DNA of 63,920 nt, counting the filler. It is 7 parts of 7 records of this genome, joined end to end, with 100 filler letters (N's around TTAATTAATTAA, not from the genome) between each part and the next. Parts side by side here need not be neighbours in the genome. Positions count along the whole stretch, not along the records: positions 11,313 to 23,654 come from SRR31147125_6616; 6 more parts are not named here. The stretch is one strand, 5' to 3'. Within the stretch, counting starts at the first letter, position 1, and every line of letters begins with the position of its first letter. A model generated the notes under the pieces. That model worked only from the letters and a program-made list of their open reading frames with translations, did not search any database and was not told the origin of the DNA. The translations under genes and the position numbers were made by a program. Shown piece after piece: positions 11,313 through 20,943 of the stretch.

Positions 11313-12546
11313 TTTTGCTGCAATGGGTATTGGGCAGGAGCGGGACTACTCCAAAGCGGTTAGATTTTATAAGAAGGCAATAAGTTATGATCTTGAGAGA
11401 GATAATGATAGCGGTAAGACGAAGGCTATGGTGATGCTGGCAAAGATGTACATCCTCGGTGTGGGTGTTGAGAAAGATTTTGACAGAGCGTTTGAGTTAT
11501 GCAAGGAAGCAATAATCAGTTATGATAATGAAGCAAAAGTGGTGATGGGGCAGATATATGAATATGGCTATGGAGTAAATATTGATAACGAGAAGGCTTT
11601 GGGCTGGTATATGGATGCTGCTGATAGCGGAGAACCGAAAGGGTATTATCAGGTAGCAAGATTCTATAGGGATGGCAAGGCAGGGCAGGAGCAGGAGAAA
11701 AAGTGTTTTGAGTGGTATATGAAAGCATTGGAGCACGGAGATGATGTATCGTGTAACGATCTGGGGTATATGTATCAGTATGGGGTATTTGTTAAGCAGA
11801 ATATCATGGAAGCGATTGAGTATTATGAGCTTGGGGCTGAAAGGAAGTATGGGCTGGCGGCTATGAATCTGGCAATACTCTATGAAGAGGGTGAATTTGT
11901 AGAGCAAGACGATAAGCGGGCGATTGAATATCTTAGAAAAGCCATTGAACTTGGTTATACAGATGCAATTGGTCAGCTGGGAGTGCATTATCACGAAGGC
12001 AGTGGTGTAAAGCAGGATTATGTGAAAGCTAGAGAGCTTTATGAAGAGGCAGCTGCCAGAGGTAGTCTCTACGGATTGGAGAGCTTGGGTATGCTTTATA
12101 GGGATGGTCTCGGGGTGCGAGTAGATGTCAGGAAAGCTGTTGAGTTGTTTGAAGAAGCAGGTAGAGGAGGGTTGGGAAGTGCATGGGAGAAAATCGGTTT
12201 GATCTTTAGTGATGAAGAGTCTGATCTTTATTCTCCTGAACAGGCAGTAATCTTTTATCAAAAAGGAGCTGCAGCAGGAAGTTCTTACTCTATGTTCTCA
12301 CTTGGTATGATGTATGATGATGGTATTGGAGTTGTTCAGGATAAAAATAATGCGTATAAATGGTATCTGCAGGCGGCTGAGTTGGGAGACCGTATGGCTC
12401 AGTATTATATAGGGTCTGCTTTTGAATATGGCAGGTATGGTTTTGAACTCAATTACAGAAAAGCTGTTGAGTGGTATAATAAAGCTGCTGCGCAGGGTAG
12501 TAAAAATGCTGCAGAGAGAGCGCATGCACTGAGGTATGCGTATTGA
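11313..12546 (+). CDS. Sel1-like repeat (SLR/TPR) protein, 5'-truncated
   Basis: About 10-11 repeats of A..LG.MY..G.GV..D...A..WY..AA..G. Confidence 0.92.
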
Positions 12547-12684
12547 ATATATCATCAACTAAAAGTATCGGTGTTTGCCAGCTTGAGTAGTGGTATATAT
12601 ATTAATAGAGCAAGAGTTGTTTTTTTAAAGAATATGTAATAAATAAAACTAGGTATATTACTTGTTTCAGTGATGTTTTTGGGA

Positions 12685-12713
12685 TTGACAAAGATTAAAA
12701 ATTGTGTGATAAT
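12685..12713 (+). promoter_or_regulatory. sigma70-type promoter for the exported-protein operon
   Basis: TTGACA-17 nt-GATAAT with an extended -10 TG. Confidence 0.7.
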
Positions 12714-12836
12714 CAATTCTAGAGGAAATTGTTGTATTCTGTAGAGTATAGCGTTTTCATGCTTTGTCAGGTTTCTGGGTGACAGGGAGTGTAGAGATTG
12801 TTTGTTTTGAGAATATTCTAAATAGAGAACAGGCTT

Positions 12837-14261
12837 ATGGATGAAACTTATAGAGGTGGTAATAGATATTTGAGTTATCTGTTACTGCTTTATTTTGTGT
12901 TGAATTTTTGTTGTTTAGTCCGGTCTGTGTCTGCAGAAGAATCTTACGACGAGCTAGAAGATTTACCTGAAGTTTTATTTGCCGGGGTGTTTCTCAGAGG
13001 GGCTAGTGCTGAGTCTTCGGTCAATTTTCCGCATCTTTCTGAGGTGTTGCTGGAGGAGAAAACAGATAATTCAGGGAATAAAAAATTTGTGGTAAAAACT
13101 GATATTGCCAGAATTGTTAGTAACTCTATCAGAGAGAAACGGGGAGATATTGAGAACTTCAGGTTGATATTTAGAAGTGAAGAAGAGGGTAGTGTCAATC
13201 TGGGGCTTGGGTTGCTCTTTAATAATGAGTATGTTCTGACTGAGAAGTATGCAGACGGGTCGGTGCTGGCGCACCTTTATATCTCGGCAATGTTTACCTT
13301 GGTCAATTATAGATCAGAGTCGATTATTGCCAGTTTTCCGTTTGTCTTTTCACATGATTTCATTGTGAAAGATGAGGCAGAGATAACCGAGTATCTGCAG
13401 AAAGAGTTTATGGCTGTACTCGGGATTACTGAGGATAAGAGTAAAAGAGTTGCTGGAGCTCGTCAGCATGGCGAAGAATTGCATTCGTTGATTGCTGAGA
13501 ATAAGCAGGAAAAGCTCGGAGTAGATGCCAGCCTGCTTGGTATGATCGAAGACGGGATATTGGCGAAACTCTATCTGCCTAAAGAGTATGATGATGAGCC
13601 GACAGGTATAAGAGTTGCAGAAATTGCGGTTGATAAAAAAGTTTTGACTATGTTGGGTGTTGACGGAGATAAGCAGCAGGAAGATAGGCTAAAAAGTTTT
13701 ATTGGGGAGGTTCTTGGAAGTCAGCTCAGTGCTCAGTATGGCTTGTCTGTTCTTCCTTTTGCTCTGCATGAACAGGGGCTCAATGAGCTTTACCGTCAGA
13801 TTCTCAGCGGGCTGGATTATGAGTCTGTTAAAGAGGGTGAGACAGGGGTCTTTACCGAAGTCTTGCCTGTGTATCTGGTGACTTACAGGTTGCGCAGTAT
13901 AAAAGAAAAGGTGATGACAGAGACTGCGTATCAGCGTGGGTATGGTTTTGGTGTGTTCTCGACTGTCAAACTGTATGAGGCTGCAGGTGAAGGTGATGCT
14001 GAGGAAGTTGCGGAGGAAACAGGGAATACAGACTTGTTTGAGTTGGATACTGTTGATGGTTCGGTTGTTTATGAGCGTATTTGGGGTAGCAAGGTAAAGT
14101 ATGTGACCTCTGCAGTGGTGCCGAAGGTTGGCTATGCCGGGTTTGATACAGCTAGTGCTAGACGGAGAGTGGTTGATAGCTCACTTGCTGGTGCTGTAGG
14201 GAAATTCGGGAAGTATAAAGTAAGTAAAGATGTTATTGAAATCTGTACTGAGAGTGAGTGA
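12837..14261 (+). CDS. Hypothetical exported protein
   Basis: 474-aa ORF with hydrophobic N-terminus ending VSA-EE; no family recognised. Confidence 0.75.
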   Translation: MDETYRGGNRYLSYLLLLYFVLNFCCLVRSVSAEESYDELEDLPEVLFAGVFLRGASAESSVNFPHLSEVLLEEKTDNSGNKKFVVKTDIARIVSNSIREKRGDIENFRLIFRSEEEGSVNLGLGLLFNNEYVLTEKYADGSVLAHLYISAMFTLVNYRSESIIASFPFVFSHDFIVKDEAEITEYLQKEFMAVLGITEDKSKRVAGARQHGEELHSLIAENKQEKLGVDASLLGMIEDGILAKLYLPKEYDDEPTGIRVAEIAVDKKVLTMLGVDGDKQQEDRLKSFIGEVLGSQLSAQYGLSVLPFALHEQGLNELYRQILSGLDYESVKEGETGVFTEVLPVYLVTYRLRSIKEKVMTETAYQRGYGFGVFSTVKLYEAAGEGDAEEVAEETGNTDLFELDTVDGSVVYERIWGSKVKYVTSAVVPKVGYAGFDTASARRRVVDSSLAGAVGKFGKYKVSKDVIEICTESE

Positions 14262-14309
14262 TAATTTGCTTGCTGTTGATTGCGTATTGTAGGCAGGAGA
14301 AGACAGACG

Positions 14310-15446
14310 ATGAAGAATAGAATATTGATATTAAACTGGCTGCTTATTGTGTTGGGGCTTATGTGTTGCTCGTCCCTTACTGTTCAGGCTGCTGATACCT
14401 ACAGGGCTGTGGTCAAGACTACTGTAAAGGTTGTGCCCCGGGCAGATGAATCCTATGATGATGCTGTGGAGAGGGCAATAAAGGAAGGTGAGGACAACTT
14501 GCTCAGAAAGGCTATTCTGAGTAGCTTGCGTGGTTCGAAGAATAAGATACTGCGAAAAAACTGGGAAGCGGCTGACAGTGAAGAGGAAGTATTGGATAAT
14601 GTCGATACCTATTTCATTAAAACCAAAATTCTCAAAGAGAAGAGGTATAAGAATAAAATCTATGTCAAGGCTGAGATTGTTGTTGATATGGCAGCTTTGC
14701 GGGATCTGATCGAAGAGAGTGCGGAGTTTATTACGGATGAGCTTAATGACGTCGGGTTGATTGTGTTGTATCTTGCTAGAGCAGCAGATGAAGAGATTAA
14801 TTATGCTGCTGATGTGGATAGGAAGAATACGCTAGAGGTAGAGTCTCGCGATGAAGACGGGGTGATGACTGAGAATGAAACATCGAGTAATAAAGTACGG
14901 GTGACCAAGCATCAGGCAGAATTTACTACGAAGAAATTTGATACGACTGAGATAACCACCAATATTACTGCATTTATGAATGATAGTGGAGTACGTACTT
15001 ATGGTGTAAAACAGTTTATTCCGGTGATTGAGGATAAAGAAAGGTTGAAGGCTGCGCTGGAAGAGCTTGAGGTGCGTTATGCAGGTTACAGGGATGACAA
15101 TGGTGATTATATCAGCGGTGATCTGGAAGAGATGCTTGGTTATGTGCAGGGGGAGATAAAGAGGTTGCCTTCACATCCGCAGTTCTTTGCCTTCGGTAAA
15201 ATTGATATAGGTAATACCAATCTTGATAATCAGACTGGACAGTATCGGACAGTTGCCAAATGCACAATGTCGCTTTGGGATCTTGATAGTGGGTTTGTGC
15301 CTATGCAGATTGCGACTACCCCGATAATTGATGGAATTGCTTTTGCTGCAGATATGAGAGAATCCCGTCAGAATGCGGCGCAGAACGCGGCTACTGAGAC
15401 AGGCAGGCAGATACTTGATCGTATGCGGCAGGCGTTGAGTGAGTAA
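14310..15446 (+). CDS. Hypothetical exported protein, possibly FlgT-N/TolB-N-like
   Basis: Signal peptide ending VQA-A; DDAVERAIKE helix, terminal AAQNAATETGRQILDRM helix after beta strands. Confidence 0.7.
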   Translation: MKNRILILNWLLIVLGLMCCSSLTVQAADTYRAVVKTTVKVVPRADESYDDAVERAIKEGEDNLLRKAILSSLRGSKNKILRKNWEAADSEEEVLDNVDTYFIKTKILKEKRYKNKIYVKAEIVVDMAALRDLIEESAEFITDELNDVGLIVLYLARAADEEINYAADVDRKNTLEVESRDEDGVMTENETSSNKVRVTKHQAEFTTKKFDTTEITTNITAFMNDSGVRTYGVKQFIPVIEDKERLKAALEELEVRYAGYRDDNGDYISGDLEEMLGYVQGEIKRLPSHPQFFAFGKIDIGNTNLDNQTGQYRTVAKCTMSLWDLDSGFVPMQIATTPIIDGIAFAADMRESRQNAAQNAATETGRQILDRMRQALSE

Positions 15447-15563
15447 GAGGGTATAAGCTGCTGTTTAGTTTATAATGAGATTTTGTTACAGGTTTGGTAT
15501 GAGGTTGCGGCGGATGGTGTTGTCATGCTCGCAATGATTGGGGTTTTATATAAGGATAGAGTA

Positions 15564-16637
15564 ATGAAATTAAAGATTCTTGCTGTTTTATTTGTTCTTG
15601 CTATTGCATTGCCTGCACAGGCTTTTAACTTTGGTAAACTGGTCGGGTCGCTTACTGGTGGAAGCAATAATAGTAACTCTTCTGTATCCAGTCCTGTAAG
15701 TGTGGATGACTCTGGTTACGTGCAGGCGTATATGGAAACTATCAACAGAGCCAAGCAGGCATATCATTATTATGAAATAGCTATGAAAATGAAGGACTAT
15801 ACCGCTGCTGAGAGAGCTCATCTTGCAAGTCTTGAGGGAAGTTTTGTTACTACGGCGGATGAAGCGTATGATCAGCTGGTGAGTATAGATGAGAGTGTGG
15901 TCTCTGCGGCGCAAGAGAGCTATAAAAATGTAGGTAAACTCTCAGATGCTGACAAGGCAAAGGCTCTGGAAGCGATTGATATGTATCGTTCTGCTGTACA
16001 GGCGCAGCGTGAGAAGAAGAATACGCTGGTTAATTTTTGGACGCAGCATGGTATCTCAAGTGGTATTGAGATTGCCCAGCAGAGTGCTGGTGGGGATATT
16101 GGGAGTATTATCGGAGCGGTTGTAGGGACTGTTGCTTCGACTGCAGGACATATATCCAAGCAGAAAGAGCTTGCGCGTGAGATGGACAGGTCACTCGCTA
16201 TCTCTGAGAGTGTGCTTTATAGCATGGATAGAGTTGAGGAAATGATACGCAGCGGTGAAGGAGCACTTTCAGAAGAGAATCTGGAAGCGGAATTTGCTGA
16301 CGATGAAGAAGATGAAGAGTTTGCTGAAGAAGAGCTTGCAGCTGATGTTGTCAATGATGAGGCTGAAGGTGTTTTTGCTGATGAGATTCAGGCAGGTGCA
16401 GCAGAGATTGCAGAGGAACTGAATGGCGTGGAGCTTGTGGATGATTCCAGTACTGTATCTGATCTCAAATTAGGTGTAGTAGAGGAGAGTACTGATCTTG
16501 CTGGTAAGCATCCTGATTTTGTGCAAGGGTTCACTGATGGGGTGAGGGATCATAAAGCAGGCAAGAATTCTCCGGATTATACAAAATCAGTACATTATAT
16601 TGATGGCTATCAGCAGGGTTTCTGGCATGGGAACTGA
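15564..16637 (+). CDS. Hypothetical exported protein with glycine-zipper-like and acidic regions
   Basis: Signal ending AQA-F; GGDIGSIIGAVVG; long D/E-rich linker; C-terminal FxxGFxxG/YxxGYxxG repeat. Confidence 0.7.
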   Translation: MKLKILAVLFVLAIALPAQAFNFGKLVGSLTGGSNNSNSSVSSPVSVDDSGYVQAYMETINRAKQAYHYYEIAMKMKDYTAAERAHLASLEGSFVTTADEAYDQLVSIDESVVSAAQESYKNVGKLSDADKAKALEAIDMYRSAVQAQREKKNTLVNFWTQHGISSGIEIAQQSAGGDIGSIIGAVVGTVASTAGHISKQKELAREMDRSLAISESVLYSMDRVEEMIRSGEGALSEENLEAEFADDEEDEEFAEEELAADVVNDEAEGVFADEIQAGAAEIAEELNGVELVDDSSTVSDLKLGVVEESTDLAGKHPDFVQGFTDGVRDHKAGKNSPDYTKSVHYIDGYQQGFWHGN

Positions 16638-16673
16638 GAGCTCTGTTATTGAATATTTATAAAGGATTGACAG

Positions 16674-17921
16674 ATGAGTGGATTCTGGAAGAAAGTAATA
16701 CTGCTGTTAGTGCTGGTTGGTTTTGTCCTTCCTGTCGTTGAGGCGTTGGCTGAGAGTAAGAAAGTCAAGGTTGTCGGTAGTGTCAGGGTTGACGGGATTA
16801 CCGAAGAGACTGCACTGTTGCTTGCAAAGAGTGAGGCTAAGCGCCGAGCGCTGGAATATGCTGGTCGTACAGCAGTGGCGAGTAATACCAAAGTTGAGAA
16901 TATGATGCTGGTCTCTGATGTGGTGCTTACTCAGACTACTGGAATTATAACCTCTATGCGGTGGGGTAAGAAATGGATAGAGAACGGCAAGCTAAATATA
17001 GAGCTTATTGCAGAGATTGCTGCGGAAAAGCTCAATGCAGACTTTATGGCGATTGAAGCCGCGCTCAGGGACAAAGGTCTGCCGCGTATCGGTATGCTGA
17101 TTACTACTGAGGTCAGTAGGCTCAGGGGTGAGCCTGATGAGCGTGATCTTACAGATATTCCTCCTTATTCATATTATAGAGATGCATTGATAAGCGGCGT
17201 GAAACTTTATTTTATGAAGATTACGCCTGATATGGATATTAAGTATCTTGATCCGGATGAAGAGTTCTCAGGTATGCGACTTGGGGAAATTTATGCTTCT
17301 CGTTTGGGGAGCAAATATAACTACAACAAAAAGAAGAGCAGGCAGGCAGGGCTTGATCTCAGTCGTGAGCTTGGGTTAGATCTTCTTGTTGTTGGTACTG
17401 TACGGATTGTTGTCGATGAGAAATTTGTCAGTGGGACTGAAGCGAGTGCGTTCAATATTACTCCTCATCTGGAAGTTGTACAGGCTGGCAGCAATAAGAC
17501 GCTTGCCCTAGTGGACGATTCTTTTGATACCAAACCAGCATTCCGATCTGGAGCTCAGAAAAAGCTTATACGCTCACTCAAACGGCTTGGGTTGCGTGAG
17601 GGTAGGGCGCTTATGGGGCAGCTGATAAAGCACTGGTGTACCAACCGTAGTAGTGTTATGCTGATTGTTGAAGGGGCTGACCGGAGCAGGTTGGATGCAT
17701 TGAAAAAAGATCTTAATAAGCTTGGTGGTAAGCAGAATGTGGTTATCCGTTCATTGCATGATGGTGTCGGCAGAGTAGAGTTTTTCTCAGATATAAAGCG
17801 GGATGATTTGCTGAATTATCTGGAAGATCTTGAAGACCTTGATATAAGTGTTACAAGTATTCTTGAGCAGGGAGTGGCGATAAAAATTAATAGTGAGAAA
17901 GATACAGGTATTAAAAAATAA
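16674..17921 (+). CDS. FlgT N-terminal-like domain exported protein
   Basis: Signal ending ALA-E; AKSEAKRRALEYAGRTAVASNTKVENMMLVSDVVLTQTTG resembles FlgT-N/LPP20-type domains. Confidence 0.6.
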   Translation: MSGFWKKVILLLVLVGFVLPVVEALAESKKVKVVGSVRVDGITEETALLLAKSEAKRRALEYAGRTAVASNTKVENMMLVSDVVLTQTTGIITSMRWGKKWIENGKLNIELIAEIAAEKLNADFMAIEAALRDKGLPRIGMLITTEVSRLRGEPDERDLTDIPPYSYYRDALISGVKLYFMKITPDMDIKYLDPDEEFSGMRLGEIYASRLGSKYNYNKKKSRQAGLDLSRELGLDLLVVGTVRIVVDEKFVSGTEASAFNITPHLEVVQAGSNKTLALVDDSFDTKPAFRSGAQKKLIRSLKRLGLREGRALMGQLIKHWCTNRSSVMLIVEGADRSRLDALKKDLNKLGGKQNVVIRSLHDGVGRVEFFSDIKRDDLLNYLEDLEDLDISVTSILEQGVAIKINSEKDTGIKK

Positions 17922-17972
17922 TGGTGAGTAACTGGATAGTGTATATATTTCTTTTGGCGTGGAGGATGAAAA

Positions 17973-18926
17973 ATGTTTAAGCAAGGAAAAACTGTCTTGA
18001 GTTTAGTCTGTCTGCTTCTGTTGGCTTTTGCTGGTAGTGCTGCTGCTTCTAAGATTAAAAGGGCGGCTGAAAAACAAAGACCGAGAATCTGGATGGAGAG
18101 TAACATCAAGGATACTATGCGGGCTGAAAGAGTAGCCAGAGCCGATGCTATGCGTAAGATGGCTGAAAAGCTTTATGGTGTGCAGATAAATGCAGAGCAG
18201 AACGTCTATGATCTGGTAAGGGAAGATTCTGAAGTGCAGGCTCGTATGCGACAGGTGCTGGCAGGTATGCGGGAAAAAGCATGGCATTTCTACCCTGAAG
18301 GAATCTGTCAGGTAGAACTTGAGGTTACCTGGAGAACATTTATTAAAAAGGTAAAAGAAGTTATTGAGGCTGGATGCGATGCTTGTGGTACATATTTTGA
18401 ACGAAGTGTCGATGTTTCTGTGACAGCAAAAGACAAGAAGGTTGTTGTATGGGGAAGTGGAGCAATTGCTGGTACAAAGGCTGTGCAGGAGATTCAGGCT
18501 TTACGTGCTGCAGAGGTTGATGCGTATAAGAGAATGGCTCAGCGAGTACTTGGTGTAAGAATAAGCTCTGATACTACTGTTAGAGATATGGTGCTGCAGT
18601 CTGATCGTATCCGTAATACTGTTGATGGACTTATTAGAGGTGCTTACCTTTATGACTATACATTTGAGCCAAGGCGTGTATTGGTAAAATGCATGATCAA
18701 GACTAAGAAGCTTATTACTGCTATTAAAGAGAGCGTCAGTGCTGAGCGGGATCAGTATGGTTGGGTAAAGGTAGATGCAGAGCAGGAGATTACTGCTAAA
18801 ACCAAGGTAAAGGAATTTATTGAAACAGGTATTGGTATTATCGGTGAAGCTGATGGTACTGAAGAATCTATGACCAGTGAGTATACTTTTAGTTTTGAAG
18901 AAGAGGCAGGCGTGGTTGTTGAGTAG
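17973..18926 (+). CDS. LPP20/FlgP-like protein with two internal repeats
   Basis: Two copies of RA..A..DA.(R/K).MA....GV.I....V.D (ARADAMRKMAEKLYGVQI; AEVDAYKRMAQRVLGVRI...GLIRGA). Confidence 0.7.
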   Translation: MFKQGKTVLSLVCLLLLAFAGSAAASKIKRAAEKQRPRIWMESNIKDTMRAERVARADAMRKMAEKLYGVQINAEQNVYDLVREDSEVQARMRQVLAGMREKAWHFYPEGICQVELEVTWRTFIKKVKEVIEAGCDACGTYFERSVDVSVTAKDKKVVVWGSGAIAGTKAVQEIQALRAAEVDAYKRMAQRVLGVRISSDTTVRDMVLQSDRIRNTVDGLIRGAYLYDYTFEPRRVLVKCMIKTKKLITAIKESVSAERDQYGWVKVDAEQEITAKTKVKEFIETGIGIIGEADGTEESMTSEYTFSFEEEAGVVVE

Positions 18927-18956
18927 CCTGGTTGGTATTGTGCTGAGTCTGAGGGT

Positions 18957-20438
18957 ATGAAAATGAGCCTGAGAATATGTCGTAATAATAAGCTGCTCTC
19001 ACTGCTGCTGCTGTTGCTTTGTAGTATATCTCTGAGAGCAGAGGGTGCGGAGTATATAAGTACTGATGATCTTCTTGGAGTTGATGCTGAATCGACTCGT
19101 GGTTTTCTGGATGTTGAAGATCAGGAGGAACTTGGTAATACTGTGCCCGGCAGTAAGGGTCTTCTTGATGAGGAGCAGGATGATTTTCTTGTAAGTGACA
19201 GTACTGCAGCGGAGGGTGTTTACACTGTGGCACTCTCACGTAATGTAAGAGAACTCTGTGTCTTGCCTGAGGATCTGACGGGTAAAATATTCAATGCTAT
19301 TGAGAAAAAGCTACTCCGTTCTGGTAAGTTTGATCTGCTTAATCTTGATAGAGATCTACAGGGAGAGCTTGCTGCTGAGGTGCGTAGGGTTGTTGCTCAG
19401 GGTGTGAGTGATAGCAATGCGGTAAACTTAGGGAGTGTTAGTGGTGTAAAGTATATTGCAGTTCTCACCATTGAAGATTTTTTTGTAAGGCAGAGGGATT
19501 TTCCCGGAAGTCAGCGTTTTCAATATGGAGCATTGGAGTTTGAGTGCAGCATGAGTCTCAGGTTTATTGATACTTCTACTCATAAGGTTACAGCGCAGGC
19601 AGAAGCATCAGCAAAACAGCTGGCTGCGCTACCCAGACAGTATAATTATGTTGATAAGGGAACCGAGATAAAGAGTACTACCAAGGCAAAAAGACTGGCT
19701 GCGGATGGTCGCTGGAGTTGGGTAGGTGATTCTGATTTTTATGGTACTCGTGCGGGTAGAGGAGAATATGCCAGAGAAGATGCTGTGCGTAACCTTCGTA
19801 CAATAAATGGTTGGAATGTCAGGCAGCAGCAGAATCGTGATGCTGGAGCAAATGATTATTCTGAGGAGCAGAGACTGATGCTTGATGAGGCAGCAACAGC
19901 GGAGGTGGAGCAGGTCAGAGATAAAGTCAAAGTTACTTCTAGAGGATCTATTGAGGAAGATGCTATGTACAAAGAGTATTACCGCTTGTCTCAGGAAAAT
20001 TTTGCTTCTGCAGCACTCGGTAAACTCGCTGATAAACTTGCTGGAAGAATATCTGAGAAGCTTGCTGTGGAGTTGTATCCCGTAAAGGTGATTAAGCTAT
20101 ATAAAAAAGGTAGAGTCGCGATAAATGCTGGAGAAGCCAACGGCTTGCGTAAGGGTCAGGTTTTACAGGCTCGGAGTAGGACGAGTGAACGTGATCCTGA
20201 TACTGGCAGGATGCTGTTTTTTGAGATCCCGCTTGGTAGGGTGAGAATTATAAGTGTCAATAAGAATAGTGCTATGGGAAGGATTATTTCTCAGGATGAG
20301 GGAGAGATAAGCAAAGGCAGTATACTTTATCGGCTTTCAGCTAAAGAGCTGGAGGAAGAAGAGGAGGAGAGTGCTGTAGAGCCTCGGTCAGACCTTCCTT
20401 TTAAACAGCACAAGAAAAAGAGTAAGAATAATTGGTAG
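18957..20438 (+). CDS. CsgG/HfaB-like protein with FlgT C-terminal-like domain
   Basis: LLRSGKFDLLNLDR, LGSVSGVKYIAV, LRFIDTST..V; C-terminal VAINAG...GLRKGQ...RDPDTG...GRVRI. Confidence 0.7.
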   Translation: MKMSLRICRNNKLLSLLLLLLCSISLRAEGAEYISTDDLLGVDAESTRGFLDVEDQEELGNTVPGSKGLLDEEQDDFLVSDSTAAEGVYTVALSRNVRELCVLPEDLTGKIFNAIEKKLLRSGKFDLLNLDRDLQGELAAEVRRVVAQGVSDSNAVNLGSVSGVKYIAVLTIEDFFVRQRDFPGSQRFQYGALEFECSMSLRFIDTSTHKVTAQAEASAKQLAALPRQYNYVDKGTEIKSTTKAKRLAADGRWSWVGDSDFYGTRAGRGEYAREDAVRNLRTINGWNVRQQQNRDAGANDYSEEQRLMLDEAATAEVEQVRDKVKVTSRGSIEEDAMYKEYYRLSQENFASAALGKLADKLAGRISEKLAVELYPVKVIKLYKKGRVAINAGEANGLRKGQVLQARSRTSERDPDTGRMLFFEIPLGRVRIISVNKNSAMGRIISQDEGEISKGSILYRLSAKELEEEEEESAVEPRSDLPFKQHKKKSKNNW

Positions 20439-20627
20439 TACGTGGTGTTTCTGGTGATTGATGTACTGTTATGAAATCAGCTCTGATAAGATTGGTTCTT
20501 CTGGTTCTGGGGTGTAATTCTATTCTGATTGGGATTATCGGAGTCGGTTTTGCCCTCTTGGTAATCACTAGAATGGGAGTGGATTCGCTTTATTGTTTGA
20601 CATATATTTTTTATAAAGGAGATTGTT

Positions 20628-20804
20628 ATGTTGAAATTAGTTTTGTCTGTCTGTATTGCAGGGGCGGTACTCATGACACTTGGCGGTTGTGGTGAGAATA
20701 AGACAACTTATGTCTATACCAATGAACCTGTTGTGGAAAGAGCTACTGTAACTAGAACTTCTACTACTGTCTATGAGAGTGATGGTGGCGTGGTTATCGA
20801 ATAG
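20628..20804 (+). CDS. Small lipoprotein (58 aa), below the ORF-track cutoff
   Basis: RBS aaggaga; MLKLVLSVCIAGAVLMTLGG-C lipobox; ends GGVVIE-stop just before a terminator. Confidence 0.7.
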   Translation: MLKLVLSVCIAGAVLMTLGGCGENKTTYVYTNEPVVERATVTRTSTTVYESDGGVVIE

Positions 20805-20825
20805 GTTTTGAAATGTGTGTTAATT

Positions 20826-20868
20826 TTAAGAATGCCACAGATGATATTTTCATTTGTGGCATTCTTAA
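20826..20868. terminator. Bidirectional hairpin between the operon and ldhA
   Basis: ttaagaatgccacagatga / tcatttgtggcattcttaa inverted repeat. Confidence 0.75.
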
Positions 20869-20943
20869 TATATTATTACAGGTTGCTTAGTAAAAAGGTG
20901 GAGCTAAAAGGTAAGCACATTACCTCAGCGATCTGCACCCTGT

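Noticed and set aside
11497-12261. Long antisense ORFs (also 35481-36224, 62060-62758 and others)
   Set aside because: Shadow frames of well supported genes on the opposite strand.
20471-20695. 74-aa hydrophobic ORF
   Set aside because: Overlaps the better supported 58-aa lipoprotein, has no clear RBS and no recognisable motif.
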